Part shown: piece by piece, positions 25,578 through 37,500 of the stretch
Layout of the letters: each line of letters begins with the position of its first letter
Numbering within the stretch: the first letter of the stretch is position 1
Source of the DNA: Ostrea edulis
Lineage: Eukaryota
Direction of reading: 5' to 3'
DNA: 64,000 nucleotides
Assembly: GCF_947568905.1 (NCBI RefSeq)
Contig: NC_079165.1
Span: 102,114,001-102,178,000 of the forward strand
Translations under genes and position numbers: made by a program
Notes under the pieces: generated by a model
The model's database searches: none
Seen by the model: only the letters and a program-made list of their open reading frames with translations
What the model was told of the DNA's origin: nothing

Positions 25578-28500
25578 ATGGCTGCCTCCAGTTACACATG
25601 TGTGTTGTCAACCCGAAGACCGTTTTTATCTGTTTTGAGATCCTATTCCAGATGCAGTACCACATTTTTTGACAAGAAGCATAAGCCAAAACCACAAGGT
25701 TTGTAAAATTTATTAGTATAAAATTTATTAGTATGATAAATGTGCAGATGTTGTGTAATCTTACATGGCTAGGCCAAAAAAAAAAAAAAAAAAAAAAAAC
25801 CCCAAAAACAAATCCTGTTCAACAGTTTACTCATCAATGCAATTTCACCCAGTTACTAGTACTTTGAACTAGAGTCTGAGTTCAAGGAAAGAATTGTGAT
25901 AAAAAGATTAATTTGGGTAAAGTTAATTTAATAAGATGTGTCATATAACACAGTTCTAATAATGATGGTAAGGGTCTATACTATACTACCCCTTATATTA
26001 ATATATATGGTGTGACCGTTGGACCGAGCGAAGCATGAAATGGTCATTGGCGTGTCCCAAGTGATGATCATAATTCTGTTAAGAACGGTAACATTTTATC
26101 AAGGTAATATGATTCATTTTAAGAATATATTACAGTATTTATGAAATTCCCCTTGCGCTAAACGCCCAGTGACATCTAAATGTTAAAGAGGGATATATGA
26201 GGATAATTACAGGATCCACCTATTCCTTTACTGCGGGGAATATAACGCCAGCTGACGTAAACCATGCATTGTGACGTCACATGTAGCCTCGGCTTCTTCG
26301 TCTTTCAAATCAAACAATTACAAACAACAACAATACATCCCGTTTGCAATATTAAAAAAATAGCTAAAACTAAACAAAAATTACCCAACAAATTCAATGT
26401 GGTAAAAAAAGGCCCCGCATTAATATATCATATATTTTTATTCAAGGAGACTCATGAACTCGTTCATCTATTTAGTCGTATTACTTTTTTTCTATTTGAT
26501 GATTGCTAAAAACTGTAACAACAATAATTATACCATTCATTGTTAACAAACTGAGTGTTTGAATTACAAATTGCATGTCTGTCTTGTATTTTTGCCATTC
26601 AAGACGTCGAATAACTGTAGAAGCAACTAATGAACAAAACAATATGGCGGCACCCATATGGATCACAACATTTTCAGTGAACGTATGTAGAGATTATCTC
26701 TATTCCTTTGCTGATTTTCTCACTTTTTCCTATACATACGTGTTACCTTTAGAGCCTTGCTTCGCGGACGGGCCTTTGGCCCGTCCGAGCTTTGCTCGGT
26801 ATTAATTGTGTAATTGAATGTACAGTACTAATTTCTAAACGATGGTTTGGCAAATATTGTGATGTTCAGGAAGTACACTGTCCATTTATGGAACTTAATC
26901 CATTTCTATCCCCCTTTGACCTGGCAGATCTGCCACTTTGCCTTACATCTTACTGAATCATTACTTTTATTTGGATCCTGTGTCATTATTTGCCTTACTT
27001 TTCGTCATATTCTGTGTCATTATTTGTCTTACTTTTAGTTGGATTCTGTGTGATTATTTGCCTTACTTTTAGTTGGATCCTGTGTGAGTTTTTGTCTTAC
27101 TTTTAGTTGGATTCTGTGTGAGTTTTTGCCTTATTTTTTGTTGGATTCTGTGTGATTATTTGTCTTACGTTTTGTTGGATTCTGTGTCATTATTTGCCGT
27201 ACTTTTAGTTGGATCCTGTGTGAGTTTTTGTCTTACTTTTAGTTGGATCCTGTGTGAGTTTTTGTCTTACTTTTAGTTGGATCCTGTGTGAGTTTTTGTC
27301 TTACTTTTAGTTGGATCCTGTGTGAGTTTTTGCCTTATTTTTTGTTGGATTCTGTGTGATTATTTGTCTTACTTTTCGTTGGATTCTGTGTCATTATTTG
27401 CCTTACTTTTCGTTGGATTCTGTGTCATTATTTGCCTTACTTTTCGTTGGATTCTGTGTCATTATTTGTCTTACTTTTCGTTGGATTCTGTGTCATTATT
27501 TGCCTTATTTTTCGTTGGATCTTTTGTTTGTATGTTGTTTTACGTCCCATTTGAGAATTTCTCATTAATAAACAGACATCGCTCTCTATAAGTGAAGTGC
27601 CACAAATTTTCCCCTATGGTTGGCACTTGAGGCTGTATCAGTAAACCTAAGGTTTGTTTATCATGTCACATGGGAGATCAGTTTTAGGGTTATATCTGAA
27701 AGATCCTTGACTTTCACTTCTAATGCCAAGTGCTTGTTTGAAAGAATAGTCACTACCTATGGAAAAAGTGTTAGGTTTGATGTGGCACCAGGATTGAGAA
27801 TTGGACCAGTTCCGATGTGAACACCATATTGTCTTAACCACCAGACTCCCCACAGGTGGAATCCAGTGTAACTTTGTCTTACTTTTGATTGGATCCCATC
27901 ATTTTCATGTAACTTTGCCTTTTGATTGGATCCCATGTAAATGCAATGGATCTTGTATAACTTTGCTTTGTTTTTGTCAGCATCCAATAAAGATGACCTT
28001 ACTTTAAAGTTCTCATTAGCTCTGAATGACTTCAAAGATTATTGAATTAAAGGGACAAGCTCTTATATATATATTTAGGATTGGTGCCTGTTTACCATGC
28101 CCAAAGAACAGTATCCTGGCATCGGTCGTTCAGCACCAGTCCATATTTCAGGAGTTCAGACACAGAACAGACTGTCACTGCTGAACCAGTAGAAGAGGAT
28201 TATCATACCATCATAAAAAACACAGAACGCAGCAAAGGTCAGTATCATCATAAAAAACACAGAATGCAGCAAAGGTCAGCACCATAAAAAAAACACAGAA
28301 CACAGCAAAGGTCAGTACCGTAATAAAAAACAGAGAATACTCCAAAGGTCAGTACCATCATAAAAAACGCAGAACACTCCAAAGGTCAGTACCATCATAA
28401 AAAAACACAGAACGCAGCAAAGGTCAGCACCATAAAAAAAAACCCAGAACACAGCAAAGCTCCGTACCATCATAAAAAACACAGAACGCAGCAAAGGTCA

Positions 28501-31500
28501 GCACCATCATAAAAAAACAGAGAACACTCCAAAGGTCAGTACCATCATGAAAAACACAGAACACTCCAAAGGTCAGTACCGTCATAAAAAACACAGACCA
28601 CTCCAAAGGTCAGTACCGTCATAAAAACATAGAACACAGCAAAGCTCCGTACCATCATAAAAAACACAGAACGCAGCAAAGGTCAGCACCATCATAAAAA
28701 AACAGAGAACACTCCAAAGGTCAGTACCGTCATAAAAAACACAGAACACTCCAAAGGTCAGCACCATCATAAAAAAACAGAGAACACTCCAAAGGTCAGT
28801 ACCATCATGAAAAACACAGAACACTCCAAAGGTCAGTACCGTCATAAAAAACACAGACCACTCTAAAGGTCAGTACCATCATAAAAAAACACAGAATGCA
28901 GCAAAGGTCAGCACCATAAAAAAAACACAGAATACAGCAAAGGTCAGTACCGTAATAAAAAACAGAGAATACTCCAAAGGTCAGTACCATCATAAAAAAC
29001 ACAGAACACTCCAAAGGTCAGTACCATCATAAAAAAACACAGAACGCAGCAAAGGTCAGCACCATAAAAAAAACCCCAGAACACAGCAAAGCTCTGTACC
29101 ATCATAAAAAACACAGAACGCAGCAAAGGTCAGCACCATCATAAAAAAACACAGAACACTCCAAAGGTCAGTACCATCATGAAAAACACAGAACACTCCA
29201 AAGGTCAGTACCGTCATAAAAAACACAGACCACTCCAAAGGTCAGTACCGTCATAAAAACATAGAACACAGCAAAGGTCAGCACCATCATAGAAAACACA
29301 GAATTGAGAACACACCAAAGATTATAGGAATCAAATTTGAATTCCTTTGCTTTTCCTGGATTGCCTTGTGTGTATACTTTTACTTCATGTTTACATTGTT
29401 TTAATCAGGTCCATTGGATCATCATGAGTTTCAAGCCGAGACAAGAACACTATTGGATATTGTTGCAAGGTCACTTTATTCAGAAAAAGAGGTATGCCAT
29501 GCCCCCCTCCCCCGAATTTTTTTTCTGTTATGATCGGAACAATTGGCCTTCATGAGAATACTATCCTTTTATGGAAAAGTTAAATTAGATGTGATGGTGT
29601 TTCAGGTGTTTATTCGAGAGCTGATCTCTAATGCTAGTGATGCTCTGGAGAAATTACGATACCTGCAGATGACTGACTCAGAGGTTAAGGATCCGGACAT
29701 ACCTCTAGAGATTCATATCGGTGTGGATGAAAACAAAAAGACATTCACAATACAGGTATATAGATAAGACACAGAATTTAGGTGTTTATTCGAGAGCTGA
29801 TCTCTAATGCTAGTGATGCTCTGGAGAAATTACGATACCTGCAGATGACTGACTCAGAGGTTAAGGATCCGGACATACCTCTAGAGATTCATATCGGTGT
29901 GGATGAAAACAAAAAGACATTCACAATACAGGTATATAGATAAGACACAGAATTACTCAATTTATTCCTTGATGTGGGCATAAATACATGTCCATGAAGG
30001 ACCTGCAGGTTTTTTTCCTACCACATGCGAATGGTAACTATATTACTTGAAATCAAAGGCCATCTGTCATAAATAACTTTCCTAAGGTGGCCTCTTCAAA
30101 GAGGTTTGACGTGTAGTGTTTGAAATATAACCAGTTGTGGTTGTGCCCTGTGATTGGTATGAGTACCATTTAGGACAGCTGGTAGCTTATATTAAGAGAA
30201 TCACAGTCTAGTTTGTCGGGTATACATGTATGAGATGCCCAATTAATATTTCATCACCTCACATACCGAAAAATTATAGAAAGTGATTCCTTATATTCAT
30301 ATTTGAAATAAAAATGAAAATTTAAAATTGACATTTCAAAAATACTGCCTAATAGAAACTGAAATGCACATGGTATTCCATGTTAATTTCCATAGTCCCC
30401 ACCCACTGATCCTTCATTTTGCATGAACTGAGAAATTTACATCCTGTTGTAAGTTGTGGGGAAATCAATACATTGAAGCTTCATGAAGGTTTATTACAGA
30501 GAATGCAGTTAGAAATCAAAATGATACTTATAAAATAGTCAAATAACAAAAATATCCAACCTCAAAAAATAGGTGTTATGTGGTATATGGAGGTGCTCAT
30601 AATGTTTAATAATTTTGTAGGATACTGGGATAGGTATGTCCAAAGAAGAAATGATTGAAAACCTCGGAACAATTGCAAAGTCAGGATCTAAGGTATAAAA
30701 AATTTGTGTTCCTAAAATTACTTATTTTGGAATATATTCTGAATCAAATGTAAAGGTATATTTGATTACTAAAGACTGTACGGAAAGTGTATATTTTATT
30801 TTTGGCATATTATAGAATTCATAGTGGGTATGTTCATTTTAATAGGAATTCTTAGAATCAATATCCAAAAAGACGGGAGATGTGGGCAGCAGCATCATTG
30901 GTCAATTTGGAGTGGGATTTTATTCCTCTTTCATGGTAGCAGAAAAAGTTGAAGTATTTTCGCAATCCAACAAACCAGGGTCTCAGGCCTTTTCCTGGAC
31001 ATCAGACGGGTAAATATGTCGATGTAAATCTTGATTGATTGGGGGATTCAACATTCATCACAAACAAATTGTTGTGTACAGCTTTGAATCATAATATTCA
31101 TTTGTTGTATCATCTGACAAAGTAATTGTGTGAAACATCCAGATTGGCATTTGCATCTTCTTCCTTGATCCAATCAGTACTATTCAAAAGACTTGTTTTT
31201 TACAGCACTGGAAGTTATGACATGGCAGAAGCTGAGGGGGTGCAGAGGGGAACAAAAATTGTCCTGCATTTAAAGGGAGACAGCTACAACTTTGCCAAGG
31301 AGGAACGTATCAAAGGTTGGTATCAGACAGAAAGAGATTTATCAAACATTGGTATCAGATGAAAAGGATTTCAACTTGGACGAATGTTTAAAAGATTGGA
31401 GAAAAAGATGTAGACATAATTGTTGTTCACGTTAATTATCCATCTTCTGGATCACCCTTGCGTTTTGTTTACTGCTGCCAGAAATGATGCCATTATCATC

Positions 31501-34500
31501 TACTTGCAATATTAAAATTTCAGAGGTTATTAAGAAATACAGCAACTTCGTTGGGGTTCCTATTTACCTGAATGGAAAACGAGCGAACATTGTACAGGTG
31601 AGTGATTACCTGTTTATTAATTGGGAACAGAATGAAACTTCAACTCATCCTATTGCACATTCATACAAGAGAGCCATTGATGTCAATTATTGATGTGTAG
31701 AAAACAAAGCCTTTTCAAAACTTCTATGCATTTGAACTATTGCTATTGCAGCCCTTGTGGATGATGGAAGCGAAAGACATTACGGATGACATGCATGAGG
31801 AGTTTTACCGCTTCATTGGAAATGTATACGACAAACCTCGTTACATACTTCAGTACAAAATTGATGCTCCACTTAACATACGAGCTTTGTTCTATGTACC
31901 AGAGTACAAGCCCAGTAAGTCAGTCTGAGATGTTTAGTTTAGTATGTACAGATCTCCCCTGTCTTCTTCAATGATCAGATTTCCAGTTCTGATGTCAAGA
32001 GAGTAAATCAGTGCCATATTGGATACACTTGCTCAGTTTTGAACTATGGTTTTTTTTCCTGGTAAATTTTGAGCTTTAATGTAAATAAAATTTTTAATTT
32101 TTGATATTGAATTTAAATTTGATGCATGTTTTAAAGTTATTTTTGATTTCTTTCAGCCATGTTTGACATGAGTCGAGAGACAGATGTTAGTGTTAACTTG
32201 TACAGTAGAAAAGTGATGATTATGCCAAGGGCCAATCATATCCTGCCAAGGTGGCTCCGGTTCATGAAAGGTTAGTCAACCTGCATTTCTTATTGTCATA
32301 ACTTAAAAAGTATATATGCCAAAGGAGTCCTTTTATTTTGATTCAAGCAAATTATTTGATCACACCAGATGTCAATACATGATACAACTTCTTGTCAAAC
32401 ATATTTTCTTGGACCCAACTTAACATAAAGTGTACTATTACTTTACAATCTTCCACTTTCAAATTACTTTGTAGTTAAGCAAATGTCAATTTTCAGCATT
32501 GTTTAACAAAAAGATTTGGATTTGAGATATCAATAATAAGATTAATGGTAGACATGTGCTGCAGAGTTGTCTTTCTTTATCTCCGTAATGTCCTGTGTTG
32601 TACAGGTGTTGTTGACAGTGAGGATATCCCGCTGAACTTAAGCAGGGAACTCCTACAAGACAGTGCTCTCATCAGGTAAAGTCGTAGTCAGAAAATATAG
32701 TCTCTCATATAGAGAGCACTCTCATCAGGTAAAGTTGTAGTCAGAAAATATAGTCTCTCACATAGAGAGCGCTCTCATCAGGTAAAGTTGTAGTCAGAAA
32801 ATATAGTCTCTCACATAGAGAGCGCTCTCATCAGGTAAAGTTGTAGTCAGAAAATGTAGTCTCTCACATAGAGAGCGCTCTCATCAGGTAAAGTTGTAGT
32901 CAGAAAATATAGTCTCTCACATAGAGAGCGCTCTCATCAGGTAAAGTTGTAGTCAGAAAATATAGTCTCTCATATAGCGAGCACTCTCTTCAGGTAAAGT
33001 CGTAGTCAGAAAATGTAGTCTCTCATAATTCAAGTTTTCCAGACCCCATCAATAGCAGTAATTGTTATAAATGTAACTAAAAAAAAGAGTATTGTGGCTT
33101 CATGATCCACATGCTTCATAGCACATTTGGTGGATGACTGAATGATGACAAGAAACAATCCCTCATCAGGGGGCATAGATTCACTGAATTTTCTTGTCTG
33201 TACATGTATCTCCATCAAGTTTTTAAATAAATGTTGGAGAAGGGAGAATAAAAAAAATGAACATCCTTTTGGCTTTATCTTGATGCAAACTCGATTCAGT
33301 GTGTTTACTGCTTATATATTGAAGCATGGTATAATTTTGATTGATATATGCCTTTCTGAAAATGAATCTATTTGAATCCCTTTTGAACATGGTCATTTTG
33401 TTTGAACAGGAAGTTGAATGATGTACTGTCCAGTAAGATGATTAAATTTTTCATGGACCAAAGTAAGAAGGACCCACAGAACTACATGAAATTCTATGAG
33501 GATTATGGACTGTTCTTTAGAGAAGGCATTGTAACAACACATGACCAGGATCAAAGGGTGAGATTGAAGTAGTGATGTCAGTAACATACCAAGGCTTATT
33601 TGTTCAATCTGATGTCAAAAACATATAAAACTTTTCATTGATGTTGGAAATTAAATAATTTGTTTAAAAAAACATACATGTATGATACTGTGGTTTTATA
33701 AATATTAGTCGGCATCAATTTTCTTGAATTTAGTCATTTGCACAGTTTCAAGGGTCTTACTATAAAAGTGGTTAATATTTACGCTGGGGGTTAAGTACGT
33801 GTTTTTCCACATCCAACCTTACACGTGGAGAAAAAATACATGATAACGTAATATAGTATATATTATATCAAATATTTATAAGTATGATGTATATATGTGT
33901 GGGTGAAATTTACGCGCTTATTACATGACCGCGTAATTAGTGTGAATTTCCCCCACGCATAACCACTTATACAGTATACATTTGTGGAATTGAATTCTTT
34001 AGTATACACTGTACATTTGTAGAATTGAATTCTTTAGTATACACTGTACATTTGTAGAATTGAATTCTTTAGTATACATTTGTAGAATTGAATTCTTTAG
34101 TATACACTGTACATTTGTAGAATTGAATTCTTTAGTATACATTTGTAGAATTGAATTCTTTAGTATACATTTCGATGAAACCGCAGTATAAGCATGTGAA
34201 AATGTGTAATTGCATTGGATAAATTTAATGTGTGGTCCAAACAGTTGAGATTTTGTAGAATGATTGTAACTTTGTGTGGAGATATTGTGGTGATGATTAT
34301 ACCGAGGTGTGTAGATATTGTAGTGATGATTGTGCTGAGGTGTGGAGATTTTGTAGTGATGATTATACTGAGGTGTGGAGATATTGTAGTGATGTTTGTG
34401 CTGAAGTGTGGAGATATTGTAGTGATGATTATACTGAGGTGTGGAGATATTGTAGTGATGTTTGTGCTGAGGTGTGGAGATATTGTGGTGATGATTATAC

Positions 34501-37500
34501 TGAGGTGTGGAGATATTGTAGTGATGATTGTGCTGAGGTGTGTAGATATTGTAATGATGATTATACTGAGGTGTGTAGATATTGTAGTGATGATTATACT
34601 GAGGTGTGGAGATATTGTAATGATGATTATACTGAGGTGTGTAGATATTGTAGTGATGATTGTGCTGAGGTGTGGAGATATTGTAGTGATGATTGTGCTG
34701 AGGTGTGGAGATTTGTAGTGATGATTATACTGAGGTGTGTAGATATTGTAGTGATGATTATACTGAGGTGTGTAGATATTGTAATGATGATTATACTGAG
34801 GTGTGTAGATATTGTAGTGATGATTGTGCTGAGGTGTGTAGATATTGTAATGATGATTATACTGAGGTGTGGAGATATTGTAGTGATAATTGTGCTGAGG
34901 TGTGGAGATATTGTAGTGATGATTGTGCTGAGGTGTGTAGATATTGTAGTGATGATTATACTGAGGTGTGGAGATATTGTAATGATGATTATACTGAGGT
35001 GTGTAGATATTGTAGTGATGATTATACTGAGGTGTGTAGATATTGTAATGATGATTATACTGAGGTGTGGAGATATTGTAGTGATGATTGTGCTGAGGTG
35101 TGGAGATTTGTAGTGATGATTATACTGAGGTGTGGAGATATTGTAGTGATGATTATACTGAGGTGTGTAGATATTGTAGTGATGATTATACTGAGGTGTG
35201 GAGATATTGTAGTGATGATTGTGCTGAGGTGTGGAGATTTGTAGTGATGATTATACTGAGGTGTGGAGATATTGTAGTGATGATTATACTGAGGTGTGTA
35301 GATATTGTAATGATGATTATACTGAGGTGTGTAGATATTGTAGTGATGATTGTGCTGAGGTGTGTAGATATTGTAATGATGATTATACTGAGGTGTGGAG
35401 ATATTATAGTGATGATTGTGCTGAGGTGTGGAGATATTGTAGTGATGATTGTAACTTTGTGGGGAGATATTGTAGTGATGATTGTGCTGAGGTGTGGAGA
35501 TATTGTAGTGATGAGTGTGCTGAGGTGTGGAGATATTGTAGTGATGATTATACTGAGGTGTGGAGATATTGTAGTGATGATTGTACTGAGGTGTGGAGAT
35601 GTGGTAGTGATGATTGTGCTGAGGTGTGGAGATGTGGTAGTGATGATTGTGCTGAGGTGTGGAGATGTGGTAGTGATGATTATACTGAGGTGTGTAGATA
35701 TTGTAGTGATGATTGTGCTGAGGTGTGGAGATGTGGTAGTGATGATTGTGCTGAGGTGTGGAGATGTGGTAGTGATGATTATACTGAGGTGTGTAGATAT
35801 TGTAGTGATGATTATACTGAGGTGTGGAGATATTGTAATGATGATTATACTGAGGTGTGGAGATATTGTAGTGATGATTATACTGAGGTGTGTAGATATT
35901 GTAGTGATGTTTGTGCGGAGATGTCGTCTTATATTGTGAATGTGTTTTGTAGGAGAGGATTGCGAAGCTGCTGAGGTTTGAATCTTCTAAGACAGCCCCC
36001 GGGGAGTTAATTGGTCTGGATGATTACGTGGACAGGATGAAGGCTGGGGCACGAGACGTCTTCTACCTGTCTGCTCCGAAGTAAGTAAAAGCAGAAATTG
36101 AAACGTTCATGTGACTGTAGAGGGTTATGGGACCATGGTTTTCAATTTCCAATTGTGATGTGTTCAGAGCTTTACAAATAAAATAGTGCCATAAGCAGAC
36201 TACTTCACTGAATTAAAGTTTTAATGAAATTACAGAATCACATACAGACACTGTTCACTTGGAACAAAATTTCTCAAGAGGTTTCACTTTCCATCTTGAA
36301 AAGTTATTTATCATAAACAGGTTGATGTTTTTAAACCATGTATCGGTTCAGGAGAGTATGATTGATTTCATGGAGCTACTTCAGTGTGGAAATGTGTTTT
36401 CATTCCTTTTAGATCTCAAGCTAGGGAGCATTAGACTGAAATTAATAACACAGACTGCCAAATAGATCAAATTTAATGATTCCTAACAGTTCTTTTAGTT
36501 TTCTGTATGACACTTCATGCTTTTAACTAGTCGACAGTTGGCAGAGAGATCTCCATACTTGGAAGCTTTACAGAAAGAGGACAAAGAAGTGTTGTTTTTG
36601 TACGAGCCGTATGATGAACTCGTTCTCATGAACCTGGGCCAGTTTTACAAGAAAAATCTCAAATCTATTGAGAATGAGATCACCAGTACGAACACAGATG
36701 AAGAAATTGATGCAGCAGACTCAGGCAGTCTGTCTAGGTCTGAAGCCAATGATCTAATGGACTGGTTATCAAACACTCTCCTAAACAAAGTCAGCAAGGT
36801 TAAGGTAGGGAGTCTTAAAATGCAGGGTCACTGATAGAAATCTCTTAAGTTTTTGTAAAAACAGTAGTTATTTAGGGACGAGATCAAAAGTTCAATTTCA
36901 GAGAAAAATCTAAATTCACATAGTTTTCACCAAGACCCCCCCCCCCCCCCCCTTTAAAACTGAATATGATGAATTTTGATTTTAATCTAACATTGATCTT
37001 TTGATTTGCCCTTTAATGAAAAATGGAGGTGATGAAAAGATAAAAAATTGATTTTGTCCTGTTTTACTTAAATGTGTCTTCTCCTCAGTACTTGTTTGTC
37101 ACAACAAATATTAGAATGTATTTGCTCTAGAGTATTTCTGGCATGATCATGAATTAGAAATAAACAGCTGTGTTTTTCCATTCAGGTAACAAAAAGGTTA
37201 TCCTCCCATCCGTGTGTGATAACTGTAGCGGAGATGGCATCAGCCAGGCATTTCCTGAGGACCACGCTGGCTGGCAAGAGTCAAGAGGAGAGGTACAGAC
37301 TACTGCAACCCACACTGGAAATCAATCCCAGGTAATGGACAGAAGACCGGGCAAAGGGCCGAAAAAACCATCTCCTTAGGTGTCTTTGGATAACGTTTTG
37401 ATACATTCTTATATTGTAAAGAAATCAACATTATTTAAAAAAAAAACCCCAGTCATTTTGAAAGTTCATTTATTCGGCAGTGTGCCACCTTTTGAGATCC

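Noticed and set aside
26575-26805. ORF containing MAAPIW as an alternative TRAP1 first exon
   Set aside because: It lies within a repeat element ending in hairpins. The 25578 exon has a better presequence, a donor and the correct phase.
28312-29238. Hydrophobic minus-strand ORFs (FFMMVLTF repeats)
   Set aside because: Translation artefacts of the 37-bp array.
28207-35920. CRISPR-like appearance of the regular arrays
   Set aside because: The units are head-to-tail with no unique spacers, there are no cas genes, and the context is eukaryotic intron.
34215-35974. Long Cys/Asp/Tyr-rich repeat ORFs ([11 protein letters not shown])n that resemble a shell or adhesive protein
   Set aside because: A 33-bp unit lacking stops gives open frames automatically. 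Two frames are open, 31-bp units shift the frame, and the array is inside TRAP1 intron 12 on the same strand.
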